Origin: Macrostomum lignano
Taxonomy: Eukaryota
Reading direction: 5' to 3'
Assembly (NCBI GenBank): GCA_002269645.1
Contig: NIVC01000860.1
Coordinates: 62,001 to 126,000, forward strand
Length of the DNA: 64,000 nt
The notes under the pieces are model-generated. The model did no database searches. It saw only the letters and a program-made list of their open reading frames with translations, and was not told the DNA's origin. Positions 23,933 through 36,028 of the stretch are shown here, one piece after another. How positions within the stretch are numbered: the first letter of the stretch is position 1; each line of letters opens with the position of its first letter. Both the position numbers and the translations under genes were made by a program.

Positions 23933-24589
23933 TTCCAATCCGTATCCGAATCTCCATGTGACTCAAAAATCATTATAAATTTGAATTCCTTAAATTCACT
24001 TAATAAGGAAATTATAAATGAAAAGAAGAAATAAAGCAGGCAAGACATTAAAAGATTCAGAATAATTTCCTATAAATAAAAGTACAGCCGGTCTTTATAG
24101 TATTTCCTAAGAAGTAAAGTGCCCCGTTCTACTTATGCTGTTTAAGATTTTTCGTTGGTTGTTAGATAAAATAGCCAACTCATTTGTGCTTTATTGACCA
24201 TGAAAATAGCAAGTGATTGCAGAAGAGCCATGAGTTCAAAATTTCACGTAAGGGCCCGTGCAAATTTTGTATGCGAGTGGCTTGTCTATTGACTCTCTGC
24301 TTTGTGCTAGAAGCAGATTAGTAAATACCGCCAGTCTGCCGCTTAGTTGGCATGGAAACAGGGACGCCAGATCAATGCCCTCCATGAGTCCCCATTCGTT
24401 ATTTTTGTTTTATGACGTCTGCTCGACCTTTTTGGGCTTGGGTTGAGTTTAGCTCCACTCTCCTGCCTACAGATGCAACTGCTCAAAAATTGTACTGAGT
24501 GTTAGAGGGTTCCTTGGTGGTCACAATGACCTTTTGTAACCCCTTGTCCCCTGGTGGTCTGAATCTTTATCCTGTGGTCGTCACCATTT

Positions 24590-25600
24590 TCCTTTGGTGC
24601 GTTCCACTGTCTCTTGTTGGGTTCCACTGTCTCTTGTTGGCTTCCCCTGTATCTTGTTGGGTTCCACTGTCTCTTGTTGGGTTCCGCTGTCTCTTGTTGG
24701 GTTCCATTGTCTCTTGTTGGGTTCCACTGACTCTTGTTGGGTTCCACTGTCTCCTCTTGTTGGGTTCCACTGTCTCTTGTTGGGTTCCATTGTCTCTTGT
24801 TGGGTTCCACTGACTCTTGTTGGCTTCCCCTGTCTCTTGTTGGGTTCCACTGTCTCTTGTTGGGTTCCACTGTCTCTTGTTGGGTTCCACTGTCTCTTGT
24901 TGGGTTCCGCTGTCTCTTGTTGGGTTCCATTGTCTCTTGTTGGGTTCCACTGACTCTTGTTGGGTTCCACTGTCTCCTCTTGTTGGGTTCCACTGTCTCT
25001 TGTTGGGTTCCATTGTCTCTTGTTGGGTTCCACTGACTCTTGTTGGGTTCCACTGTCTCCTCTTGTTGGGTTCCACTGTCTCTTGTTGGGTTCCACTGTC
25101 TCTTGTTGGGTTCCACTGTCTCTTGTTGGGTTCCACTGTCTCCTCTTGTTGGGTTCCACTGTCTCGTCTTGTTGGGTTCCACTGTCTCTTGTTGGGTTCC
25201 GCTGTCTCTTGTTGGGTTCCACTGTCTCTTGTTGGGTTCCGCTGTCTCTTGTTGGGTTCCACTGTCTCTTGTTGGGTTCCGCTGTCTCTTGTTGGGTTCC
25301 ACTGTCTCTTGTTGGGTTCCACTGTCTCCTCTTGTTGGGTTCCACTGTCTCTTGTTGGGTTCCACTGTCTCTTGTTGGGTTCCACTGTCTCTTGTTGGGT
25401 TCCACTGACTCTTGTTGGGTTCCACTGACTCTTGTTGGGTTCCACTGTCTCTTGTTGGGTTCCACTGTCTCCTCTTGTTGGGTTCCACTGTCTCTTGTTG
25501 GGTTCCACTGTCTCTTGTTGGGTTCCACTGTCTCTTGTTGGGTTCCACTGACTCTTAGTGGATGCCACTGTCTCTTGTTGGGTTCCACTGTCTCTTGGTG
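24590..25600. repeat. 20-bp minisatellite (CTCTTGTTGGGTTCCACTGT)n
   Basis: About 50 tandem copies, some with a 3-nt insert. Confidence 0.97.
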
Positions 25601-26329
25601 GGTTGTGTGGTTGTTATATAGATTATCTCTTGAAGAGATGGCTAAATTAAAGTGATATCATTCTTTGGGTTTTCTGGCCTCGTTCGTTTTGTCTCTTTAG
25701 AGAGGCGATTGGGTGTGGCGAAGAGCTGATATCTTGATAGCTTTGTGAGCAGCAGTAACTAATTTCCACATGCAACTATAAACCTAACGCAAGACTATTG
25801 ACTCAAATATCAAGCTCAAACCACAGGAATATGCAATGCAAATAAGTCCTCCTCAAATGTGTGACGAAACAACCCAAGATGCTTGCCAACCAAGGGGTCG
25901 ACACTCAGCAACCACAGACTGGCTGAGTCACAGAGGGTCAGAAAGTGCCTGCAGTTTAAATAGATTTGCCTCTCCTCTCGCATTCGTTTAAAACAGCCAA
26001 TAAATTTGTCTTATGCTTAACCAACTCAAAACCTTCCTACTTGACAACAGGCTAAAATTACGAAGTATACGAATTTACATTGCTTAAGAAAACCCTTGCG
26101 TTGCTAAGAACGCGAGCCAACACGCAAAAGGCTAGGCTTGTACAAAGTGAATTTATGATATGACTAAATTTTATTTTCATTTGTCTTAATGGAACTCATT
26201 ATTCAAGTCGTTGTTATTCAACAATATGAGCACTGTGCACTGAGTGTGTAGTAATCAACATCATATCGATGTGTCATGTACTACATCTACTATATAGCCA
26301 ACACATTATCATCAACACTGCAGCTACTT

Positions 26330-26640
26330 TAGCTACGGCATCCGACTTAGCTACCATATCTACCTTAGCTACCATATCTACCTTAGCTACCATATCTACC
26401 TTAGCTACCATATCTACCTTAGCTACCATATCTACCTTAGCTACTATATCTACCTTAACTACCATATCTACCTTAGCTACCATATCTACCTTAGCTACCA
26501 TATCTACCTTAGCTACCATATCTACCTTAGCTACCATATCTACCTTAGCTACCATATCTACCTTATCTAACACTTCTATTTTAGCTACTATACCCCATCT
26601 ACCTTCACTAACAAATCTACCTTAGCTACCACATCTACTT
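26330..26640. repeat. 18-bp minisatellite (CTACCATATCTACCTTAG)n
   Basis: Tandem copies; related to 8830-9700. Confidence 0.95.
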
Positions 26641-27102
26641 TAACTATCACATCCAGTTGCGGTGTATTAAAGTTTGTTTCTTCTTTTTAAAAAGACAGAA
26701 TTTTCGCTAAAATATTAAGGGCTTCTTTGACTTTGTTAATTGAATGCCAAAATTGATATTTAAACGGGATAGACGATCTGCTACATAAGGAATATTGCCA
26801 GCCAGTATATTGAAACCAGTGTTTATTTTTATTGTTCAATAAGTTTCTGAAAAATTCGCAGTAAACCAGTTGCGTCACGCTTATTAGTGGTGCAAAATTG
26901 GCCAAAGTACAAATTGCTTGCACTGAGAGAGAAACTATTAAACTTATTCGAAGTGTTTAAATAAAGAAAACACAGAAGAACAGCCTGACTAATCAAATCA
27001 GGTATTTCCCTTAGAGAACAAGTGAACAAAGAGTTTTGAGTTTATCAACCCGACTCGGTCTTCTTCGGTCTCGGCAGCAGTTCTCGGTGGCTGCGGCGGC
27101 CG

Positions 27103-27432
27103 TCACTGCTTGCACACAGCGGCCAGCAGGGCCAGAGCCGCGGTCAGAACGAGGCCGCTGGGACCGAACTGCCTCGGCGAGGAGTTGCACAGGTCGGTGT
27201 TGCAGCACCAGGTGTTGCTGGATTCCACGCAGGCAGAGGCAGCCGAGCGGCCGATGACGCCAGCCACATCAGCCTTGACGCAGTAGGTGCCGCTGACTGT
27301 CTCGGTGCTGCTGGAGACGGTGCTGCAGGCGGTGCAGAAGTAGCAGTTGACGGCGTCGGCCGGGGCGGGCAGAAGGCAGGCGGCGACCAGGAGGCCGAGA
27401 GTGGCCAGACGGAGCACTTGCTGACGCTGCAT
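27103..27432 (-). CDS. Ly6/uPAR GPI-anchored protein, copy 4 (109 aa)
   Basis: CDS near-identical to copy 2; unrelated upstream region with its own TATATAAA at about 27521-27528. Confidence 0.9.
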   Translation of the reverse strand: MQRQQVLRLATLGLLVAACLLPAPADAVNCYFCTACSTVSSSTETVSGTYCVKADVAGVIGRSAASACVESSNTWCCNTDLCNSSPRQFGPSGLVLTAALALLAAVCKQ

Positions 27433-28199
27433 GCTGGCTGAAGTTGCGGTTTGGATAAAGACTGACAACAAGTTCTTCTCAAGCTGAAAGATGCTGAACT
27501 TTCGGTTCGCGGGTCTCTGTTTATATAGTCAGGCGGAGGCTGCCCAGAAGACTGGCAGAAGACGATTGATTTTTGATCGGGCAAGGCAGATCGATGTGCC
27601 AGCAGAGTTAGAGCTGCTGCCTGTGGAGAAACGCTCCACAGGCAGCTCCACAACTCCATCAAGTGGAACCCCCCGTCGCTTTCCTGCATGATGGGGTTTT
27701 CTACGCCCAAGTCATTAACTTTGCAAGTAGAGCAAGAGTATTTCTCTACCATTGTTCAGAGTCAAATATGCATCTTGAGTTGCTCTCAGGGAATCCAATT
27801 CCTCTTTGGCATTCTAAGACTGCAGAAGTGCAACGAAGCGTTGGGCCAGTTTCCCCAGCCAGTATTGCTGGGTGATCTGCATTGTTTATCGTGGCAGCTG
27901 AGGCGTTGCTCCAGATGGGAGCTTTTTCATGGGCCATCGGTCTCGCTTTCCTGGTTATGGAGACTTTTTTACCATGTTAATTGATCTGTGAAATACTCTT
28001 CAGTTGATGAGACTAGTTGGCTCGGTAGGCAATTAAAATATCGTGGGTCGTGCCACAAAATGCAAGGACTGAAAGTGGCTGATTAACAATAATTATATAG
28101 TCCGACTAAAGATGAAATCGATGTACGATGTTTAATTATTGACAAGTAATTATTGTACTTCTACTTGTCAAAGTATTTCTTTGTAAATTCGTAAAAACG

Positions 28200-28345
28200 G
28201 GAGACAGGGGGGGCCACCAAGAGACAGGGGCGCCTACCAAGAGACAGGGGGGCCCACTAAGAGACAGGGGCGCCCACCAAGAGACAGGGGCGCCCACCAA
28301 GAGACAGGGGCGCCCACCAAGACACAGGGGCGCCCACCAAGACTT
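28200..28345. repeat. 20-bp minisatellite (GAGACAGGGGCGCCCACCAA)n
   Basis: About 7 copies; reverse complement of the 42940-44560 unit. Confidence 0.9.
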
Positions 28346-28584
28346 TTTCAGTCCCTCATCCGCAGCGACTCAGCGCACCTCAGCCAGTCAACCATTGTGG
28401 ATGATTTTGCAATGGTATCATGTCTTGGATTTCGCCAGCTTATTTCGCCAGCGTCTGTAAACAGACGTGTTAACATAGGAGGCGCCATCGCTTTAAAAGC
28501 CAGAATATTCAAACGGCTTTTGTTTTTACATTTTACGAACTTTTTTTGGTAACATTACAAAACGTTTCGCATGCGATGCGGTTT

Positions 28585-28662
28585 TATAGTATTGATAGTA
28601 TAGTAGATTTCGTGTTATAGTATTGATAGTATAGTAGATTTCGTGTTATAGTATTGATAGTA
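28585..28662. repeat. 31-bp tandem repeat (about 2.5 copies)
   Basis: TATAGTATTGATAGTATAGTAGATTTCGTGT repeated. Confidence 0.8.
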
Positions 28663-28697
28663 GTGTGAAGGTGAAGACATCGTAGGGCTGAGGGCTA

Positions 28698-29210
28698 TGA
28701 GTTTATCAGGAGTGTCAGTTTATCAGGAGTGTCAGTTTATCAGGGTTGTGAGTTTATCAGGGGTGTGAGTTTATCAGGAGTGTCAGTTTATCAGGGTTGT
28801 GAGTTTATCAGGGGTGTCAGTTTATCAGGGGTGTCAGTTTATCAGGGGTGTGAGTTTATCAGGGGTGTCAGTTTATCAGGGGTGTCAGTTTATCAGGGGT
28901 GGGAGTTTATCAGGGGTGTGAGTTTATCAGGGGTGTGAGTTTATCAGGGGTGTGAGTTTATCAGGGGTGTGAGTTTATCAGGGGTGTGAGTTTATCAGGG
29001 GTGTGAGTTTATCAGGGGTGTGAGTTTATCAGGGGTGTGAGTTTATCAGGGGTGTGAGTTTATCAGGGGTGTGAGTTTATCAGGGGTGTGAGTTTATCAG
29101 GGGTGTGAGTTTATCAGGGGTGTTAGTTTATCAGGGGTGTGAGTTTATCAGGGGTGTGAGTTTATCAGGGGTGTGAGTTTATCAGGGGTGTGAGTTTATC
29201 AGGGGTGTGA
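28698..29210. repeat. 16/17-bp minisatellite (GAGTTTATCAGGGGTGT)n
   Basis: About 30 tandem copies. Confidence 0.95.
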
Positions 29211-29311
29211 CAGCACGATAGCTGTGAGGGTTTGAAGATGAGCTGATGTTTTAGGCAGGATTTGGGGATTTGTCAATCATTTGCCTTCGTCACCGCAGCC
29301 GGTCCGCGCCG

Positions 29312-29645
29312 TCACCCAGCCGCAATACTTAGCGTCATCCTCATCAGCAGCACCAGCGCCAGCGGCAGCAGCGTCGCCGACCGGACTGCCGAGACTGCCG
29401 AGTTGCAGAAGTCAGTATGGCAGCAGAAGGACTCCGGGCTGGCCACGCACGCCTCCGAGGCGAAGCGAGACACCACATTGTTGGTGGTGAGCTTGACACA
29501 CCAGGCACCCTGCTGGGAGCCCATCTGGGACAAGCTGAGCCCGTCACAGTTTGAGCAGGAGTAGCAGCTCACCGTAGCAGACAGGACCAGCTCAGGTGCT
29601 AGGAGCAAAAAAAATAGTTGGGAATAAAATTCTCAACTGAAGCAT
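29312..29645 (-). CDS. Ly6/uPAR GPI-anchored protein, copy 5 (divergent; 1-nt frameshift in the signal peptide)
   Basis: CYSCSNC...CCHTDFCN plus GPI tail. ATG at 29645 reads MLQLRILFPTIF and joins LLLAPELVLS if one base is removed from the A8 run at 29607-29614. TATAAAG upstream at about 29704-29710. Confidence 0.8.
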
Positions 29646-30109
29646 CTCAGCTTTGACGGGCTTTGCCGGTTCTGCTCAAAAAATGAGATTTGGTAAGAGA
29701 CTGAGATCTTCTCTTTATAGCTCTGTCACTGTTTTCGCTGGATGAAATGCTTTTTCTCCGTATTATATTTTAGCAACCAACCGAAGCCATCTGCAGCTAG
29801 CTAATTGATTTCCCTCATTTTAGGCATTTCAAAGCCATTCCTCAGTAACAATGTACCCCCCCCCATTCTGCTCTCTATTGTCTGCTGATTTGCTTCTAGC
29901 AAAGCTCAAATTATTGTCTCTCTGCGACAGCATACACTTGTTGTTATGGATTGCCTCTGAAAAATATCTCAAACATCGCAGCTAACTACTAATACGCGCT
30001 CGTAACAATACACGGAGAGACAGAGGTTTTCCTTTGTAACTCTATAGTAGGAAATATTGGTTACAGAGCAGGTTCCTCATAACTCGAAGAGCTGATATTT
30101 AGCCCCACT

Positions 30110-30432
30110 CTCTGCCCCAGTGCTACGTACACCAACCCCACTCCCTGCCCCAGTGCTACACCAACCCCACTCCCTGCCCCAGTGCTACACCAACCCCATT
30201 CCCTTTCCCAGTGCTACACCAACCCAACTCTCTACCCAGTGCTACACCAACCCCACTCCCTGCCCCAGTGCTACACCAACCCGATTCCCTTTCCCAGTGC
30301 TACACCAACCCAACTCTCTACCCAGTGCTACACCAACCCCACTCCCTGCCCCAGTGCTACACCAACCCCACTCCCTGTGTCAGTGCTACACCAACCCCAC
30401 TCTCTACCCAGTGCTACACCAACCCCACTCCC
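30110..30432. repeat. 28/29-bp minisatellite (CAGTGCTACACCAACCCCACTCCCTGCCC)n
   Basis: About 11 tandem copies. Confidence 0.93.
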
Positions 30433-30820
30433 TTCCTCAGTCTTCCTATTTTCTTACTCAATAATAGAGATGATGGAGTAAGATGATCATGAATGAGTAA
30501 GGCTTCAATGAAGAAAGTTTTCGCTAAAACAAGATGTTATTAAGACTCTCGAAGTCTTGCCCTCAGTTGCCCAATAAAAAATAGTTTTTAGAATTTTTTC
30601 TTTTTCCAATGGAACTTACTCGTTTTTAGGACCCATTTTTAACGAAAATATTAATAGTGCTCAAACAATAATACAAGAGGTAATACTTTTTACCATATTA
30701 AAAACTACAAGCACCTGCCTGTGCATACAAGGTATACGGACGCTCTTTAACACAAAAAGATAACAAAGCGTTAGGCCGTGCCACTAAATTATGGTCACCA
30801 CGACGCTGTTATCTCGCACG

Positions 30821-31150
30821 TCAGCCACTGAAGCCAAGAATGAAAGCCACAGTAGCAACCGCTATAGTCAGCATCAGCTGGACACTCGATCTGCCAACGG
30901 TAGGCGCAGCTTCGTTGCACAAGTCGGTGCTGCAGCAGACGGTTGTGGAACTTGGCGCGCAGGTTGGCACAGCGGCCCTGTTCACTGTGCTACCGTAGGT
31001 GGACTTCTGGCACACGGAGTTTGTGGCGGTCAGCGTGCTGGAGGACACGGTGGCGCAGTCTGCGCAGCTGTAGCATTTCACAGCTGTGGTAGAGGATGTC
31101 AGCAGAGCCAGCGTCAGAAACGACACGATAACTAACACACCAAGCTGCAT
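30821..31150 (-). CDS. Ly6/uPAR GPI-anchored protein, copy 6 (109 aa, divergent)
   Basis: Signal peptide, CYSCADC...CCSTDLCN with the same spacing as copy 1, hydrophobic tail. Confidence 0.9.
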   Translation of the reverse strand: MQLGVLVIVSFLTLALLTSSTTAVKCYSCADCATVSSSTLTATNSVCQKSTYGSTVNRAAVPTCAPSSTTVCCSTDLCNEAAPTVGRSSVQLMLTIAVATVAFILGFSG

Positions 31151-32487
31151 TATAGAGGCGCGAATCGATCAGCTATACTCGTTTCGAAAACAACAATTTC
31201 CAGTTGAAAGCTTTTCAGTCTGCTTTTAGTCGTGTCTCACTAACTATAAATTGCACAAAGAACCGAAAGCGCGGTGACTTTTTAATCGATTTAAACATTA
31301 GAGAGGCTTGGCCTTGCACTTGGCACAGGGGGGGGGGTGGTTGAAACAGACCAAAGAGACGGGAGAGAAAGGTACAGAGAGTGCACCTTCATTGTTTGCC
31401 ATGCATAGCCATGCCTCACCTTGTGCGAGCGAACGATCCATGCGTCAGAACTGCGTAGAAATTCTCTTCATTCACTCTTGAGCACGAATGCAGCACGAAG
31501 GCCGCTTGAGCAGTTGCTCAACTGGCTGGGAGACAATGCAGAAAGCAGGAAATTTTCAGTATTCTCTATGCAGTTGACATTCGCAAATAGAATTTTGGAA
31601 GATTTTCACGGGTAAACATTTAATGCTTGGCTGTTCACACAGGAATTTTTGTATGTGTAGTACAGTGTAAGCAATTTGAGCACCACGAATAAATCGTTTG
31701 CTTAATTTTGTTTGATTTTAGTCACGCTAAAATTCTAGCAGCAGTTTCAACCGTCATTTAAAGGTTGATTAATCCTAAGAAGTTATTGAATTGTCGTTAC
31801 ATACTACTTGATAGTACGCAGTTTCTACTTATAAAGATAGATTCAGACGTTAATTCAAGGCTAAATTTGAGGATTTAGTCGGTACATAGACCGTGGGTGG
31901 ATTAGTCAAATAAGCAACGAGGTACATGTACGAGGTAGGATTCAGTATTTTTGGCGCCAATGCAAAAAGCACTAAGAAAGGTACATTAAAGAGGGACCAT
32001 CTTTGTGTCCCTTGTGCTGGCCTCCAGCCAACTCCAGCCTCCAGCGACTTAATTTGACCCTAATGAAGAGCCCCGGCTAAGCCTTAGTGTGTTAAGGTAG
32101 ATGGATCTAATTTATCGTTGCTGTTTTTGCAAATCCAGGATGTTCTACAGTAGAATTTCTGAATAAAAAATCTTTTAAATCCACGATGTGAGAAAATACT
32201 GCTTGATTCGTGACTGCTAGGGCTATGCATAATTGCGCAGCAATAAAGCAAATTAACTTGCGCAATAACATTGAGAACGCACAAAAAACAAAGCGGGCCA
32301 TAAATAACTGCCAAGAGATTTCAAGCAACACTTCAACCCCCTTTGGTCATTATGGCAAGAAAATTTATGAATTTTTTCACATCCTTATGCTGCCTTTAGC
32401 TGCATAAATACTCAACTGAAGGAGCTAGGGCAAACTTAAAAAAGCGCCTCGTAGAAATCGTAGCGACAACATCAAGCAACACACAGA

Positions 32488-33189
32488 ATGGCCCATGCCC
32501 AGTTTGCCCAGGTTAATAGGCACAATCTGCAGGTGCAGGAGACTAGCAAGAGAGCTTCTGTAGCCAATGACCCCATCGCTCGGCTGATGTACTATCTGAA
32601 GTGCGTCGAGAATGTCGACTGCGGAGACTTCCCATCCTACATGACCGACTACGCGAACTACCGGAGGCTGAGCCAGAACCAGCGCAACAGCATCATCGCA
32701 ACGGCCAGTCGGAATGAACCAGATGATGTGTGAGAGAATTTATTTTCCCTGTTAAGTATCATGGCGCCTAGTTGTACGAGCGTATATATGTCCATCGAAA
32801 TTCCCTACAGACTTCTGTTTGTGGAAGTGGACGAACTGCCGGACAATGACTCTAACAAGTTCCTGCAGCTGTCTGCCCAGGAGGAGAGCTTGACCGCCTT
32901 CGGAATCCGAGGCGGCGGTCAGGCCATGATGGGGCTGCGAAGGCAGCTGGGCAACAAGCAGAAGCTCATCGACATCATGGTGCACACCGATTCGTGGGCT
33001 CAGCACAACTATTACCGACCTCTGAAGCAGCTCGCTGAAGACAGCGACAGCGATGATTCTGACGCGGCGGCTGCAGCCGTCGGCATGCTGATGCTGTTCA
33101 GGTACAGGCCGAATAATCATACTTTAATAAATATCGTCACAAATCAACTTCTATATCTTCCATGTGTTTGCAGAGCTCTACAGATGTAA
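32488..33189 (+). CDS. Uncharacterised protein, 3 exons (32488-32729, 32811-33101, 33174-33189), 182 aa
   Basis: GTGAG...TACAG (81 nt) and GTACA...TGCAG (72 nt) introns with compatible phases; GC-rich codons; motif NDPIARLMYYLKCV; no domain recognised. Confidence 0.7.
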
Positions 33190-35072
33190 GGGACGCAAGC
33201 TCCCTTGTTGCGGTTGTTGCAAGCGCGGCAACACTCACGGTGTAAAAATAACTCTGAATGCGGATCATCCTTACCAAAATCGTCTTTCGACTTTTGTTAT
33301 ATGACTCATTTTCGGTGGAAAATGTTTTAAGAAAGTATTCATAACTAAAAAACTGATTTAAACTGGCACAAGTAGCGTGTAAATAATTGTCTGCAAAAAA
33401 TTTCGATTGAAAACATTAGTAACGCTGTTAGTGTTTATGTTATGAAACTGATCATCCACACTACCTCTGGGTACATTACAGTTAAAATCCACATTTTTTC
33501 TGTTTTTTAATCTATCTGAAGACAAGGAGGGAAGAAGTTTCATAAATACAAAATATGCGTACTGTTATACATAAAATATTTCGGTAAATACACTCTATGC
33601 CAGGATCTAACTATATATAGTAACGAAAGTTTTCGCTATTGAAAGAAATTATTTGTCATGGTCGTAAATTTTTAAACAGACATTGGGCTTGTTTCCTTTC
33701 GACGGACTCTGCATTATTTTTGTTCATAAATAAATTCCCAATAACCTTATCATCGATCATCTCGTATGAATTTGGTGTGTCAAAATATTATCGTTATAGT
33801 CGGTTAACAACCTTTAAACTTGTGAATTTTTATCGCTTCCAAAAATTACAAGAAGTAGGATTAAAATCTTGTTTATTCGTTAGTTTTTCATCAATTTAAT
33901 GTTTATCTAAATGATTCACATGATGAAAAACTGTCAATTCTTTTCTTAATTAATACCCCAACAAGTTAAACTAGTTTTGTTTAGACTTTTTTCGTTTGAA
34001 ATGATCACGTGATTCTCCCGCGAATGCGGATGATTTAAAAAATTTCTAGCTAGTTGTTTTTCCATGATGTGAGCTGCTTTTTAGCTAGCTTGAGAGTTTT
34101 TACTTACTAATTTTGTTTACTTCTGTTTTTGAGCGAGCTGTGAAAGTACTGCTCAAGTGCAAAACAGCTTAAGACAATAAAACTAAGCGAAGACGCGAGA
34201 TGAAAGTTCGAAAAAAAGAATGAAGAAAGCCAGCCTCGGTCATGGCTCAGGGCTTACCTCAGTAATGAAAAGATTTTGCAGCCGGTGACCTAAGCAGCGA
34301 GGGCGCCAAATGTACAGCCTAATGTTTGTTCGTTTGCTGCCTATATGTATCGCGTACATGCATGACGTCGAGTGTGAACTATACACTATATTAGCTTAAA
34401 TACATTGCTTTGCATACTTCTTCGCGATGTTAAATTAGATATAAGATTGATCTTAACATTTTTTGTTTAAGCAACAGTCTTATCTAGATGAGTTCTGAAA
34501 TCAAGCTGTTTGTTTTATTCATTCTCACAATCGTTTAGCAACATTATCCGAATTGAGTAGCTAGCTAGTTGCTGCAGGGAAACTGCGCGTTTTACTTAAT
34601 TAGCTGACAGCTGTATCGATGCTGAATTGAACTCCCTAGCTACTTTTAATGCAGTTAAATGCTTTTAATACAACAGGCTCGCTTCTATTTCTGTATCTGT
34701 ACATGTATCTGACTGCCACAAGCAACCTATCTGTCATTCTAACCTCCAAAAAGCCGCCATATTGTTTGCGGCAGAGCATTCCAAAAAAACGAATGAGAGA
34801 CTTCGCTCGGCAGTTACATCCAAGATTTGCAAAAAAATATTTTTTAATTCACTCCATCCGGTTGAACTCTAAAATTCACCAACAATGCAAGCGAGAAAAA
34901 CAAGTTATCGTACAAAAGTACTCGAGCATTACTCACTTGCGCTCCACCAATTAAAACTCGTATACCATTCGAAAATGGAGATATATAGACCCTACAGAGC
35001 GTTATGAAGCCTTTGGAGCTACGCGTCTCAAAGTAAACTGTCCAGCATCCGAGCAGATCTTCTACCCCAGCG

Positions 35073-35165
35073 ATGGCCCAGATTGCTCAGGTCAGCGGTC
35101 GCCGATTGCAGGTGACGGAGACCAGCAAGCGATGCACGGTACCAAACGATCCCATAGCCAGGCTC
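35073..35165 (+). pseudogene. Truncated paralog of the 32488 gene
   Basis: MAQIAQVSGRRLQVTETSKRCTVPNDPIARL aligns to MAHAQFAQVNRHNLQVQETSKRASVANDPIARL; homology then stops abruptly. Confidence 0.75.
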
Positions 35166-36028
35166 TCATTACCTTTTTGTCTCTTCTCGATCTTTACGTG
35201 TTATAAGCAAACTTATTTTAAAAAATTTTCAACAAAGAATTTTTTTTTAATTTTTGACGACGTTACCGACTTGACACAAACGTACGTGTACAGTACAGTG
35301 CCATTTTCGGAAAAAAGCATCACATCTATTCTCTTTTCATGTCCTGTTTGCATGGCAACTGTTCAGGTTTTAAGCTATATAGTATCTGCAAGTTGGACTT
35401 TACAGTCGCTTGTAATATATTGTCATAATAGCAATTATCAATTTCGGAGCCACTTCATGCCGTCATTGGCCTCTCACAGTCCTGGGAGTATAAAGAGTTC
35501 ACACGAGACTTATGAAAGTAACATGTACAGAGAATGTAAGAGAGAATTATGATTATTACGCTCGTTCGTATGCCGAATTAATTGAACAATATCATTTGTG
35601 ATCAAAGCCGAGTGATAGCATGTTGTAGAATTAGCTATCGCTCCCATCAACTACATGAAAGAAATTTTTTGTCAGTTTTTTTAGTTAACAGTGTATTTTC
35701 CAGATAGATTTTAATTGCAGTAAGACTCAGAAAATAAAGCTCTTAAATTGTGGTGCTATAGAGGTTTTTGGACAGACTATAATTTCAAAGAGTGGCTTGA
35801 AAAATATTTAAAGAAATCTGCAAACTTCAAAGAGAGAAAAGTATTTTTGCAGCATGTGAAACGACATAGTCTGAACAATTTAATAATATTTTTATCGAGT
35901 TTCAGCTACTTCACTGAGACATTCATTCTTTTTATTTTTTCAATCGTTTTTTCAACGATTTTTGGCGCCAATTCAAATAAAAATTTCATTGCAGCCAATT
36001 TAATTCATTATCAGACATCGATGCTTCT

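Noticed and set aside
24590-25600. CRISPR-like regular array and long six-frame ORFs
   Set aside because: Units are head-to-tail with no unique spacers, there are no cas genes, and the context is eukaryotic; the ORFs simply translate a stop-free 20-mer.
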